64,000 nt of DNA from an uncultured Gammaproteobacteria bacterium (GCA_964392925.1 CAYMRP010000007.1:2214-66213), one strand, 5' to 3'; counted from the first letter of the stretch, positions 47,882 to 57,671 are shown. The notes: generated from the sequence alone by a model not told the origin. Made by a program: numbers and translations.

Positions 47882-49723
47882 ATGAATAAATCTCTCAATT
47901 ATTCTGCAGTCTTTTGCTGGGCTATTAGCATAATTACTATTTTAATTACATTCTCAGTTATTACAAGAAGTGTCACAGCAGCCTCACCATATAACCTTGG
48001 AGATGCGGATGGGGATATGGATGTAGATATTTTTGACTACAATATTATACTAACTAATTTTAACAGAGTTTATAACGACGCTGACTTTGATGGGAATGGA
48101 CTTATAGATATTTTTGATTACAATGTAGTGTTATCAAACTTTTCTAAAAAATATATGGCTGCTTCTGCTATGCCTTCGGGACATCACATGGGGGATGATT
48201 CAATGGCAATGATGGCATGGAGACATGGGGGGAAGAATTCTCCAAATCCCAATTATGATAAATGTGATGATGGTACTGATATAGTAACAGCCCATAATCA
48301 GTATTATGTCATTGCTTATGACGGGATCAAGTATCCGACCTGGCATCCTCCGGTAGTTGATAACCCAATCACAGGAGTAGGGAAGTGTTATTTTGGTCAC
48401 GAGCATGGCACAAATCCTTCTAACTATATTTATTACCAGGAAATAGTTGAACACTTTGGTAAAGACATTGATCATGACGGACAGATTACTGCTTTTAGTG
48501 TTTCTTCAGCAGGCACTATTACTCCAGGCGACCACGCTGGACTACCGTTTGGTATCGCAAATGAGCATATGGACAAATATTACAATCAGGAAGGACGAGA
48601 TTCAGTATTTGTCCGTCATGAAGATCATGTTGGTCATAAAGTAGAATTAGTGAATTATGAATCAGAAATGGTAGGAAATACTACTCATCCGATGGCTCAG
48701 CTTGCTGGGACAAAGGGGGTTAATATTCCATATTATCAGTCTGGTACAGAAACATATAATCCAACAGGGGTAACTTGTACCCACTTACATAAATTCCATC
48801 AAGGGACTCATTCAGCTGACGCTGTTTTAAATAATCTGCACGAAGTAATATTTCATTCCAATTGTTCAAGCGTGGATGTAAATGGTATTAATGCTCCTGC
48901 ATATTATCCTAACAACACAGTAATTTTGAATGGAATGATGACCTTTGGTAATCCGGGTATTTATAAAAGATTTTGCGGACGTAAGCGGGATGAGCAGATT
49001 TGCGGTTTAAATGGGACAAATCTCAGTACTACCGCCGGGGCGACATGTACATTAACCGACCCGTTGTTAAGCAGACTTCCAAATAGTGTTTACAGTAATA
49101 CTTTAGGCCGTAATATGACTGATAAGTTCTGTTTAGAGCATGTAGAGGATCCGGGATATGGAATTTCTGAAGGAAGTCCTTATTTTACCCCCTATGAAAT
49201 TTGGGAAGGCGATTTAAGAATTACGACCCCATCTGGAGATATGCTTGCTGAACATGGAAGACAATGGGATGTTCTCGATCCGGTTAGAATTATTGATATT
49301 GGTTATCAGCACCCTACCAGAACATGGCAAAAAGATTATCAATTTACTTCAGAAGTTTGTGATACATTATTAACAAAACCAGGCACGAATATCAGAAGGA
49401 CATTGGGCTGCGATCAGGGTAATAAGGCATATGATTCCCCACAATCAAGCTTTAAAGGCCTAAAACGAACAACCTACTTTGGGCGAAACAGGGTGTCGAA
49501 TCCCGGAGGAGCGCAAATCTGGTGGACAGATCCACTTGGGGGGAATGCCACAACAAGTGAAACTACATCAGGGCTGAAACAAAGAATTACTCCGGTAGAA
49601 GCAGACATACAAAGAGTTCAAAGCAGAATACAACAGGTTGTAGGTTCTAACCGCTTTTTAAATGATCGGGCAATCCAGCGTTTATTTAGTAGTGGCGGTG
49701 GAACAGTCCATGTTCCAAATTAA
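47882..49723 (+). CDS. Secreted protein with N-terminal dockerin repeats
   Basis: 613 aa; signal peptide, then GDADGDMDVDIFDYNIILTNFNR and DFDGNGLIDIFDYNVVLSNFSK directly after the signal; His/Cys-rich remainder. Confidence 0.55.
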   Translation: MNKSLNYSAVFCWAISIITILITFSVITRSVTAASPYNLGDADGDMDVDIFDYNIILTNFNRVYNDADFDGNGLIDIFDYNVVLSNFSKKYMAASAMPSGHHMGDDSMAMMAWRHGGKNSPNPNYDKCDDGTDIVTAHNQYYVIAYDGIKYPTWHPPVVDNPITGVGKCYFGHEHGTNPSNYIYYQEIVEHFGKDIDHDGQITAFSVSSAGTITPGDHAGLPFGIANEHMDKYYNQEGRDSVFVRHEDHVGHKVELVNYESEMVGNTTHPMAQLAGTKGVNIPYYQSGTETYNPTGVTCTHLHKFHQGTHSADAVLNNLHEVIFHSNCSSVDVNGINAPAYYPNNTVILNGMMTFGNPGIYKRFCGRKRDEQICGLNGTNLSTTAGATCTLTDPLLSRLPNSVYSNTLGRNMTDKFCLEHVEDPGYGISEGSPYFTPYEIWEGDLRITTPSGDMLAEHGRQWDVLDPVRIIDIGYQHPTRTWQKDYQFTSEVCDTLLTKPGTNIRRTLGCDQGNKAYDSPQSSFKGLKRTTYFGRNRVSNPGGAQIWWTDPLGGNATTSETTSGLKQRITPVEADIQRVQSRIQQVVGSNRFLNDRAIQRLFSSGGGTVHVPN

Positions 49724-49824
49724 ATTTACTTTGTTCAGTTTAAGGTAAACTAAGTTTGCTTTTTTTTTAAAAAAAAAGTAGAATTACCTTCGTGTAAAAA
49801 ACTTTTATAGTTTTTTGGAAAAAC

Positions 49825-50310
49825 ATGACTAATTATAATTTAACTATTTTAATAAACAATAAAGTTGAGGACAAAGCTAAAACCGGATTAATCGATGATT
49901 TAAAGAAAAATTTTGGTAATTTAGTTAAAGAAGATTTGTGGGGAGTGAGAACCTTGGCTTATGAGATTAAGCACATGGATAAAGCGTATTTTGCTCATTT
50001 TGAATTTGAATCTGAGCCTGATTCTGTGATTACTTTGGATCGAAATATCCGCTTGAATGAAAATATTATTAGATATTTATTGGTAAAAAGTAAAAAAGCT
50101 AAAAGAATTACTGCCGGCCAAGCAAAAAGAACTGCTAAAGCAGAAGCTGCAAAATCTGAGCCTGAAGCTAAACAAAGCTTGACGGCTGGTAAAAAAGAGA
50201 AAGCAGAATCTGAAATTAAAGCAGAGACTAAAGAGACTAAGAAAGAAGCTCCAGCTGCTGAATCCAAAGGTAAGAAAGTTGTTCAGATTAGACCGAAGAA
50301 GAAAGCATAG
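49825..50310 (+). CDS. rpsF: 30S ribosomal protein S6 with a Lys/Ala/Glu-rich C-terminal extension
   Basis: 161 aa; YNLTILINNK...WGVRTLAYEIKHMDKAYFAHFEF is the bS6 core; the tail is KKAKRITAGQAKRTAKAEAAK... Confidence 0.85.
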   Translation: MTNYNLTILINNKVEDKAKTGLIDDLKKNFGNLVKEDLWGVRTLAYEIKHMDKAYFAHFEFESEPDSVITLDRNIRLNENIIRYLLVKSKKAKRITAGQAKRTAKAEAAKSEPEAKQSLTAGKKEKAESEIKAETKETKKEAPAAESKGKKVVQIRPKKKA

Positions 50311-50317
50311 TATTTAA

Positions 50318-50827
50318 ATGGCATCGAGATCCTGGAATAGAGTTGAGCTGATTGGTAATTTAACCCGTGACCCTGAAATGCGTTATACCCCGAGTGGAGC
50401 TGCAGTGGCTACTTTTTCAATTGCGACCAATAGAACGTTTGTATCTGATGGCGAGAAAAAAGAAGAGGCAGATTTTCATAGATGTGTGGCTTGGAATAAG
50501 CTGGCGGAACTTTGTTCTCAGCTTTTGAAAAAAGGTAATAGAGTATTTGTGTCCGGAAGACTTCAAAACCGTTCATGGGAAACACCTGAAAAACAAACAA
50601 AATATATTACAGAAATAGTAATTGAAGATATGATATTACTCACAAACAAAGAAGCTGGAGATTACTCATCGGATAGCGCTGGAGTTTCTTCCCGAGCAAT
50701 GGATGAAATGCCTCAAGAGAGAGCTAAGAACCAGGAATCAAGAGTTAAGGAAGATACAAAAGAAGAGACTAAGGAGGCGAAGCCAGAGAAAGAAGAAGTT
50801 GAGGATTTAGATGATTTGCCGTTTTAA
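50318..50827 (+). CDS. ssb: Single-stranded DNA-binding protein
   Basis: 169 aa; OB fold RVELIGNLTRDPEMRYTPSGAAVATFSIATNR...RLQNRSWETPEKQTKYITEIV; acidic C-terminal tip DLDDLPF. Confidence 0.9.
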   Translation: MASRSWNRVELIGNLTRDPEMRYTPSGAAVATFSIATNRTFVSDGEKKEEADFHRCVAWNKLAELCSQLLKKGNRVFVSGRLQNRSWETPEKQTKYITEIVIEDMILLTNKEAGDYSSDSAGVSSRAMDEMPQERAKNQESRVKEDTKEETKEAKPEKEEVEDLDDLPF

Positions 50828-50875
50828 CTTCTCTGTTGATTGTTTGAGCCTGTTCAATGTATAATTACCCAACTT

Positions 50876-51133
50876 ATGGCATTCAAGAGTAAAAAAACCG
50901 ATACAGCAAGAAAAGATATTCCAGCCAGAAAAAAGACTTGCTTTTTTTGTGATCACAGCAAAGAGCCTCAATTCACAGACTCATCTGCTTTGCGCAGATT
51001 TATGTCAGATCGTTCCAGAATAAATTCTAAACACCGATCTGGAGTTTGCAGCAAACATCAGAGAGTTTTAACAGAGCAGATTAAATATGCCAGACATTTG
51101 GCGTTACTGCCATTTATTACCAAAGTAGTTTAA
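50876..51133 (+). CDS. rpsR: 30S ribosomal protein S18
   Basis: CFFCDHSKEPQFTDSSALRRFMSDRSRINSKHRSGVCSKHQRVLTEQIKYARHLALLPF is the bS18 core; I chose the internal Met (MAFKSKK) rather than the ORF start at 50840. The rpsF-ssb-rpsR order is conserved. Confidence 0.85.
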   Translation: MAFKSKKTDTARKDIPARKKTCFFCDHSKEPQFTDSSALRRFMSDRSRINSKHRSGVCSKHQRVLTEQIKYARHLALLPFITKVV

Positions 51134-51136
51134 CTT

Positions 51137-51179
51137 CAGCTATCAGCTATCAGCTATCAGCTATCAGCTATCTTTTTTT
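51137..51179 (+). repeat. Heptamer tandem repeat (CAGCTAT)x5 followed by a T7 tract; possible operon terminator
   Basis: Read directly: cagctatcagctatcagctatcagctatcagctatc then ttttttt, 3 nt after the rpsR stop. Confidence 0.5.
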
Positions 51180-51193
51180 GATATACTAAATTC

Positions 51194-51790
51194 ATGCCCC
51201 ATTTGAGTGGTGTTTTTGACGAGTTCCCAGATCTTGATAAAATATCAGCTGAAGAAATTGCTTCAGGTTTATCTTTTAAACCTGAAATGCATTTTTTAAT
51301 GAATTATTTAGGTAATAGAATTACCTACCCTCAGGCAATTCCTGCAACGCTACAGGAGCTGGAGATTGATCTGGCGATTCTAAGGGTGGGTATAAAACTG
51401 CGTCCTGGACTTTTTTTTGAGCCGCAAAGTAACAGAATTATAGTCCCTAAAAAATTTGAAGACAGATTTCCACATTTACCATTACTGGTTAAAGCAGTTG
51501 TTGAGGGCATTAATCCCAAGGGTGTTCATTATGTTTCGATTAAAGACCAGGCGGGATTAGATTTAGTAGGGTCGGTTATAAGTCCGATGAGTCCTCAGAA
51601 ATTGAGTCTAGATGGAAAGACAGTTAAATTTACAGGATTGGCAATAGCAAAAGATTTGCCTTTGAATGCTATTTCTTTTATGCCTACTCCGGTAAAAAGT
51701 GCAAAAGTGAGGCTTGGTGATGAGGAACTTGATTGTGCAGGCGGAAGGTTAGGGATAATTATTGATTTGAGATTAGGGGGATTTTCGTGA
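51194..51790 (+). CDS. Hypothetical protein
   Basis: 198-aa ORF; overlaps the next ORF by 4 nt. Confidence 0.45.
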   Translation: MPHLSGVFDEFPDLDKISAEEIASGLSFKPEMHFLMNYLGNRITYPQAIPATLQELEIDLAILRVGIKLRPGLFFEPQSNRIIVPKKFEDRFPHLPLLVKAVVEGINPKGVHYVSIKDQAGLDLVGSVISPMSPQKLSLDGKTVKFTGLAIAKDLPLNAISFMPTPVKSAKVRLGDEELDCAGGRLGIIIDLRLGGFS

Positions 51791-52920
51791 GCAATATAAC
51801 AGTTTCAGCAAATCGAAGAATTAGAATAAAGCCAAGCAGTTGCATGCTGATTAAGCGGCGGTTAAAAGGACCAGGAAGGATATTGGCTCAAAAGAATACG
51901 GATGTTTCTCCCCACGATGTTCTGGGCCATTATAAAATGGCTGTTGGTTTTACGAAGATCGATTTATCTAAAGAACTAGGAGTGGGTCCTGCTGAAATAG
52001 TTAAATATGTTAAGAAAACTGTTGGTCAAACTGTTTATAAAGGGGAACTCGTTGCAATTAAAAAAGGGATGTTCGGAACGGTCGATGTGACAGCACCGAC
52101 GGATGGAATATTAGACAGTATAGATATAAAAACTGGTGAAGTTGGTTTTAAGTTGATTCCCAAAGAGATTGATTTAACTTCAGGGGTTTTCGGAGTAGTG
52201 GACTCAGTTGATCAAGTTAAAGGGGAAATAATCATAAAAAGCATGATGACAGAGATTTATGGGATTTATGGGAGCGGGATTGAGAAAGAGGGCTTTATCA
52301 ATGTGCTTTCGGGTTCTGGCAAATTAACTCCTGTCGGTTCTATAACTCCAGCGCATCGAGGTCAAATTATTGTGGCGGGCTCGTTAGTTATGGAAGATGC
52401 TATTAAAAAAGCATTGAACTGCGGCGTATTAGGAATTATTTGCGGTGGACTTAACATGAAGGATTACTTATCGATGGCAATGAGTCTGAATCCTTTTAAG
52501 AGGGTGGGGACAGAAATCGGTCTATCAGTTGTCGCCACAGAAGGATTTGGGATCTTACCTATGGGGGAGGATTTGTATGAACTTTTAGAGAAATATTCGG
52601 GCAGATTTGGGATTATTCAGGGCAATCTGGGCCGGGTTTTATTGCCATCGGATGACCCAAATAGTATACTGTTTTGTAGGAAAGTCGGACTTCCGGCAGT
52701 TGCACCAATGGGTGTTCGGCCGGAGTTAAGTATAGAAGAAATTAAAATTGGTGCGAAAGTCAGAGTGATCGAGCCACCGTTTATGGGAGCACAGGGTGAA
52801 GTGGTGGCAATTGATGGAAGTCCTACCAAACTGGCTTCAGGAATTTCTACCTATTTGATCACAATAGCTACTAAGGCAAGAAAAATGAAAACTCCTTATA
52901 GCAATATAGAAATAATTTAA
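51787..52920 (+). CDS. Hypothetical protein
   Basis: 377-aa ORF, GTG start, translationally coupled to the previous ORF. Confidence 0.45.
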   Translation: MSNITVSANRRIRIKPSSCMLIKRRLKGPGRILAQKNTDVSPHDVLGHYKMAVGFTKIDLSKELGVGPAEIVKYVKKTVGQTVYKGELVAIKKGMFGTVDVTAPTDGILDSIDIKTGEVGFKLIPKEIDLTSGVFGVVDSVDQVKGEIIIKSMMTEIYGIYGSGIEKEGFINVLSGSGKLTPVGSITPAHRGQIIVAGSLVMEDAIKKALNCGVLGIICGGLNMKDYLSMAMSLNPFKRVGTEIGLSVVATEGFGILPMGEDLYELLEKYSGRFGIIQGNLGRVLLPSDDPNSILFCRKVGLPAVAPMGVRPELSIEEIKIGAKVRVIEPPFMGAQGEVVAIDGSPTKLASGISTYLITIATKARKMKTPYSNIEII

Positions 52921-54162
52921 ATGAAATATTTTAAGAAAATAAACTTTATTACTTTAATAGTAGCCTTGATAACATTTATCATAGGCTGGCAGTTGGGTAA
53001 CAATGATTTTAAAGTTAAAGTTTCTGATTTTAGACCTGAAGTATCATTTTCGAATAACCAAGTCCCGGCAGATCAGAATGTTGATTTCAAATTGTTTTGG
53101 CAAGTTTGGAATATGGTTTCCAAAGAGTACGTAGATAAAGATGCTGTTAATTCGCAAAAAATGTTTTACGGCGCTATCTCAGGAATGGTTGCAGCACTTG
53201 GGGATCCATATACAGTATTTCTCCCTCCAACAGAGCAAAAATCAACTCAGGAAGAAATTGGAGGAAGTTTTGAAGGGGTTGGGATTCAACTTGGATATGA
53301 TAAAGATAAAAGATTGGCTGTTATTGCACCTGTAAAAGATACACCGGCTGATAAAGCAGGAGTTATGGCAGGAGATTTGATTATTAAAATAGCAGATAAA
53401 GATGCGACAGGACTATCCTTACCCGAGGCTGTCAATTTAATACGCGGACCAAAAGGTAGTTCGATAGTTTTAGAAATTTATCATGAAGGCGCGACTCAAA
53501 CAAAAACAATTGAATTAAAAAGAGATACGATTGTAGTTAAGAGTGTGGAATTTGAAGAAAAAACTACACCTAAAAATAAAAAAGTCGCTGTGATTAAATT
53601 GAGCAGATTTGGAGAGAGAACATTTACGGAATGGAGTCAGGCTGTTTCGACTACTTTAGCATCAGGAGCTGATGCTGTTATTTTAGATATGAGAAATAAC
53701 CCTGGTGGTCTTTTGGATGGAGCAGTCTTTATCGGTTCGGAATTCATTAAATCTGGGGATATAGTTTTACAAGAAAATGCCAGAGGCGAAAGAACAGGAT
53801 ATAAGGTTAATAGGGAAGGTAAGCTTTTGAATTTGCCATTGATTGTAATGGTTAATAAAGGTTCGGCTTCAGCATCAGAAATTGTTGCTGGTGCAATCCA
53901 GGATTTGAAACGAGGCAAGCTGCTTGGGGATACGTCTTTTGGAAAAGGGACAATCCAGGAATCTCAGGAGTTGCCGGAGAAAACAGGAATTCATATCACG
54001 ACTGCAAAATGGCTGACACCATTAGGAAGATGGATACACCAAAAAGGGCTGGAACCGGATATCAAAGTTGTTTTAACTGAAGAGCAAATTAAACAGCAAA
54101 TTGACGATGAAACTAAGGATTTCCAAATGGAGAAAGCTCTGGAAGAAGTCGATAATTTGTAG
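52921..54162 (+). CDS. ctpA: Carboxyl-terminal processing peptidase (S41 family) with a PDZ domain
   Basis: 413 aa; N-terminal anchor; PDZ segment GVGIQLGYDKDKRLAVIAPVKDTPADKAGVMAGDLIIKI; S41 catalytic region DMRNNPGGLLDGAV and VNKGSASASEIVAGA. Confidence 0.8.
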   Translation: MKYFKKINFITLIVALITFIIGWQLGNNDFKVKVSDFRPEVSFSNNQVPADQNVDFKLFWQVWNMVSKEYVDKDAVNSQKMFYGAISGMVAALGDPYTVFLPPTEQKSTQEEIGGSFEGVGIQLGYDKDKRLAVIAPVKDTPADKAGVMAGDLIIKIADKDATGLSLPEAVNLIRGPKGSSIVLEIYHEGATQTKTIELKRDTIVVKSVEFEEKTTPKNKKVAVIKLSRFGERTFTEWSQAVSTTLASGADAVILDMRNNPGGLLDGAVFIGSEFIKSGDIVLQENARGERTGYKVNREGKLLNLPLIVMVNKGSASASEIVAGAIQDLKRGKLLGDTSFGKGTIQESQELPEKTGIHITTAKWLTPLGRWIHQKGLEPDIKVVLTEEQIKQQIDDETKDFQMEKALEEVDNL

Positions 54163-54227
54163 GCAATAGGTTTCTCAGGTTTTTTTAAGTTTTTAATTAT
54201 AATCTCTGTGATAGAATATCTCTAAAT

Positions 54228-55358
54228 ATGAATGAAAATGCCAAGAAAATTATAGTCGGAATTTTGGTTGTTGGACTGTTAGGATTTGGTTTTGTCAGAC
54301 TTGTGCAGACAGGGAAAGTTAGACTCGGCTTTGCTCCATTTCCAAAAATTGAAAGCACGACTACGCAAGAAACGCGGACTTTAGTTAAAGAAGAAAATGC
54401 TGTAATTCAGACTGTTGAGGAAAATTCTGATTCTGTTGTAGCGATTGGAATAACGCAACGAATCGTGAATCCATTTGATCCTGAGGCTTTACCAAGAAAT
54501 AGACAATCGACAATTGGAACTGGTTTTATTGCTTCTGATAATGGGGTTATTGTGACTAACCGTCATGTGGTTGCAGATACTAATGCCACATACACTGTCG
54601 TAACTAAGGATGGAAAGAAGTTAGAGGTTGAAAGAATATACAGAGATACTAATTTAGATTTAGCCTTAATTAAAACCAAAGAAGAAGGTTTAAAGCCTTT
54701 AAGAATAGGGGATTCGTCTAAGCTAAAAGTCGGTCAGACTGCGATTGCGATAGGAAATGCTTTGGGCAGATTCTCTAATACTGTAACTACCGGAGTTGTT
54801 TCAGGACTCGGAAGGACTATTGGAGCTGGAGATCCATTTTCAGGTCAAACAGAACTGTTAGATGATTTAATTCAAACTGATGCCGCGATTAATCCGGGGA
54901 ATTCAGGTGGACCACTATTGAATTCTGCTGGGGAAGTTATTGGAGTTAATGTGGCAGTATCGGAATCAGCCCAAAATATTGGTTTTGCAGTACCCATTAA
55001 CTCAGTTAAAGCGGTAATCGATGAATTTGTTTCAACAGGTAAAATTTCTAGGGCCTTCTTAGGAGTAAATTATAGAGTGATCACCAGAGACTTAGCGCTT
55101 TTAAACGAAGTGCCTCAAGGAGCTTATATTCAGGAAGTTTCGCCTAATAGTCCAGCATCTAAATCAGGGATTGAAGCAGGCGATATAATTACTAAAATTG
55201 ATGGTAAGCAAGTTGATGATCAGAATTTTATTTCTGATCTAATCAGAAGTAAAAAAGTTGGTGACAAGTTGAGTATTGAGATTTGGAGAGAGAATCAGAA
55301 TGGTCAAGGAGAGACTAAAAATATTGAAGCGGAACTTGAGGAGTCAGGAGGTAATTAG
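54228..55358 (+). CDS. htrA: HtrA/DegP-family serine protease with a C-terminal PDZ domain
   Basis: 376 aa; N-terminal anchor; catalytic His (VVTNRHVV), Asp (DLALIK) and Ser (TDAAINPGNSGGPLL); PDZ segment GDIITKIDGKQV. Confidence 0.85.
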   Translation: MNENAKKIIVGILVVGLLGFGFVRLVQTGKVRLGFAPFPKIESTTTQETRTLVKEENAVIQTVEENSDSVVAIGITQRIVNPFDPEALPRNRQSTIGTGFIASDNGVIVTNRHVVADTNATYTVVTKDGKKLEVERIYRDTNLDLALIKTKEEGLKPLRIGDSSKLKVGQTAIAIGNALGRFSNTVTTGVVSGLGRTIGAGDPFSGQTELLDDLIQTDAAINPGNSGGPLLNSAGEVIGVNVAVSESAQNIGFAVPINSVKAVIDEFVSTGKISRAFLGVNYRVITRDLALLNEVPQGAYIQEVSPNSPASKSGIEAGDIITKIDGKQVDDQNFISDLIRSKKVGDKLSIEIWRENQNGQGETKNIEAELEESGGN

Positions 55359-55610
55359 ATGGCAGGAGAACGACGAAGTAAAAATGTTGATACATCATTG
55401 GGTCCTGACACAGCCGGAACTTTAGAGAGGACGCGTCAGGCAGTCGTCAAAAGAGCGGAGGAGCTGGATTTAACAGATGGCAAGTTGAAGAGTATTTTAG
55501 AAAGCGGCCGCCGAGCAAGGGAAGAAGATTTAGATATAATAACCCCGATTGACCCGTTTCGAGACCCTTTTTCACAAGCACCTAAGACAAGAAGAAGGAA
55601 GACAAAATAA
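55359..55610 (+). CDS. Small hypothetical basic protein
   Basis: 83-aa ORF starting directly at the htrA stop. Confidence 0.35.
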   Translation: MAGERRSKNVDTSLGPDTAGTLERTRQAVVKRAEELDLTDGKLKSILESGRRAREEDLDIITPIDPFRDPFSQAPKTRRRKTK

Positions 55611-55618
55611 GGTTATAG

Positions 55619-56278
55619 TCAGAATTCTATAATAAAATAACGCTGCTGTTTGGCTAGATCCTGTTTAATTTCTACTTTAGCTTTAGGGAATATTTTCTTA
55701 GTTTCCTGAGTGGTTATTTCAGCCTGAGTGTAATCGATTTCTCCAATTAAATATTTAGGGTAGAGATTATTGTTTTTAATTTGATGAAACAGTTTTCGGT
55801 AAAGCTCAAAGCCGTCTATTCCGCCATCGAGAGCGATTTTTGGTTCCCAGTCACTAACCATTGGATCAATGTGTAAAAGCCTGGCTGTGGGGATGTAAGG
55901 GAGGTTGGTGACTATAACATCAGGTGCTATCTGCATACCATCAAACAGATCTCGTTTTTGAAAGAATATCTGCTTTTCAACTTTATGAAACTTAGCATTC
56001 TTTTGAGCAACCTCTAAGGCTTTTTCAGAAATATCAGTGGCCAGAATTTTTATTCCGGGCAGATTTTTAGCGATCGAAATTGCTATACAGCCCGAACCTG
56101 TTCCTATATCTAATAGAGTTTGAGGTTTTAGCTTTATAATCTCGTCAATAAGAAGCTCGGTTTCTGGGCGGGGGATTAACGTATCTTCGGTAACTAAAAA
56201 TTTTAGTTTGTAGAATTCAGTCCAGCCCTGCTGATATTGTTTTGGTTTTTCTGCTCTGATTTTCTCACCTTTTTTCAT
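55619..56278 (-). CDS. prmC: Release-factor glutamine N5-methyltransferase (PrmC/HemK), short form
   Basis: 219 aa; SAM-binding LLDIGTGSGCIAISIA; substrate motif VTNLPYIP (an NPPY variant); lies immediately downstream of prfA on the same strand. Confidence 0.7.
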   Translation of the reverse strand: MKKGEKIRAEKPKQYQQGWTEFYKLKFLVTEDTLIPRPETELLIDEIIKLKPQTLLDIGTGSGCIAISIAKNLPGIKILATDISEKALEVAQKNAKFHKVEKQIFFQKRDLFDGMQIAPDVIVTNLPYIPTARLLHIDPMVSDWEPKIALDGGIDGFELYRKLFHQIKNNNLYPKYLIGEIDYTQAEITTQETKKIFPKAKVEIKQDLAKQQRYFIIEF

Positions 56279-56339
56279 TTGATTTGGACGGTAGATGATA
56301 GAAGATTGAGGATGGTGGTAGAGGAACTTCTACTTTCTA

Positions 56340-57281
56340 TCATCCATTGTCCTCCTTTGCAGCTTCTTGGAGAGCGTCGACTACGGGACCTAAAGCACCT
56401 TCGAGAATTTGCTCTAAGTTGTGCCAGGATTTACCAATTCTGTGATCAGTCATTCTGTTTTGCGGAAAGTTATAAGTTCTTATTTTTTCGCTTCTATCGC
56501 CGGCACCGACCATTAAGGAGCGGGCGTTGTCTACTTCTTCAAATTTTTCTTTTCTTTCTGCTTCCCAGATTCTGGCACGCAATAAATTCATGGCATTCTC
56601 TCTATTTTGGAGCTGGGAGCGTTCTGTTTGGCAGGTGACGACGATACCGGTGGGTTTATGAATGACCCTAACGGCTGTTGAAACTTTGTTAACGTTTTGG
56701 CCTCCTGCTCCTCCGGATCTAAAACTTTCGAAAGAGATATCAGCCGGATTAATAAAAACTTCAGATTCTTTTACTTCGGGTAAAACAGCAATTGTAGCGG
56801 TCGAAGTGTGAATACGGCCGCCGGATTCTGTTTTAGGCACCCGTTGAACCCGGTGGACTCCGGCCTCGTATTGAATTAAATTAAAAGCGTCTTTGCCTTT
56901 GATTTTTATGGTGATTTGTTTTATTTGACCAATGCCGCCTTCTGAGCGGTCGAGTTCTTCTAACTTCCAGTTTTTAGTTTCAGCAAAACGGGTGTACATA
57001 CGAAGTAAGTCTCCGGCAAATAATCCAGCTTCGTCACCGCCGGCGGCGGATCTTATTTCCATTATTGCGACGTTCGGATTAATATCACTATCTATTGATT
57101 CAGAATTGTCTTCGGAGGACATTGATTGAGAGGCGGAATCGGAAAGTTCTTGTTTTTGTTTTTCAAGATCGGCAATTTCGGCAGTAACAAGTTCTGCCAT
57201 CTCCGGATCAGCTAGGAGTTCTTTAAGTTCGACGATTCTGTTGTCTATATCGCTGATTTGTTGTTGTATATAGTCTTCCAT
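56340..57281 (-). CDS. prfA: Peptide chain release factor 1
   Basis: 313 aa; GGQ motif [24 protein letters not shown]; codon-recognition region [14 protein letters not shown] (a PxT-type tripeptide, so RF1 rather than the SPF of RF2); ends with TGA. Confidence 0.8.
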   Translation of the reverse strand: MEDYIQQQISDIDNRIVELKELLADPEMAELVTAEIADLEKQKQELSDSASQSMSSEDNSESIDSDINPNVAIMEIRSAAGGDEAGLFAGDLLRMYTRFAETKNWKLEELDRSEGGIGQIKQITIKIKGKDAFNLIQYEAGVHRVQRVPKTESGGRIHTSTATIAVLPEVKESEVFINPADISFESFRSGGAGGQNVNKVSTAVRVIHKPTGIVVTCQTERSQLQNRENAMNLLRARIWEAERKEKFEEVDNARSLMVGAGDRSEKIRTYNFPQNRMTDHRIGKSWHNLEQILEGALGPVVDALQEAAKEDNG

Positions 57282-57344
57282 TTTGTTGGGGTAATACGTA
57301 AAAGGAGATACGCAATACGTAATTATTTTATCACGTACTGCTAG

Positions 57345-57671
57345 TTAACTTTGGATTGATTTTCGAGCCTGCATTAAGAGGTCTTTAAGGGAAGGTTTTT
57401 CTGTTTTTTCGGTGGTTTGTCTTTCAGCACGAGCTTGTATAATCTTCTTTTTCTCAGCACCTTTTTGAACTGCTCTTTCAGTAAACTTTTTGAATTTATC
57501 TACCTGGCCTAATGTATCAACTAATTTTTGCTGACCTGTGTAAAGTGGGTGACAATTAGAGCAAATATCAACACGGATCGAATCCATAGTTGAACCGGTA
57601 TTAAAGGTTGCGCCACAGGCACAAACTACTTTTGCTGAGTCATTCCATGTCGGATGTATGCTTGCTTTCAT
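57345..57671 (-). CDS. rpmE: 50S ribosomal protein L31 with a basic C-terminal extension
   Basis: MKASIHPTWNDSAKVVCACGATFNTGST...CSNCHPLYTG is the bL31 core with a CxxC zinc motif; I chose the internal Met rather than the ORF start at 57722. Confidence 0.8.
   Translation of the reverse strand: MKASIHPTWNDSAKVVCACGATFNTGSTMDSIRVDICSNCHPLYTGQQKLVDTLGQVDKFKKFTERAVQKGAEKKKIIQARAERQTTEKTEKPSLKDLLMQARKSIQS

Noticed and set aside
49755-49790. T9/A9 palindrome (CTTTTTTTTTAAAAAAAAAG) upstream of rpsF as a regulatory hairpin
   Set aside because: A pure A/T homopolymer pair would form only a very weak structure. It is more likely an AT-rich promoter/UP-element region, and no specific function can be supported.
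56237-56638. 133-aa plus-strand ORF spanning the prmC/prfA junction
   Set aside because: Antisense to two conserved genes, with a Phe/Leu-rich nonsense-like translation.
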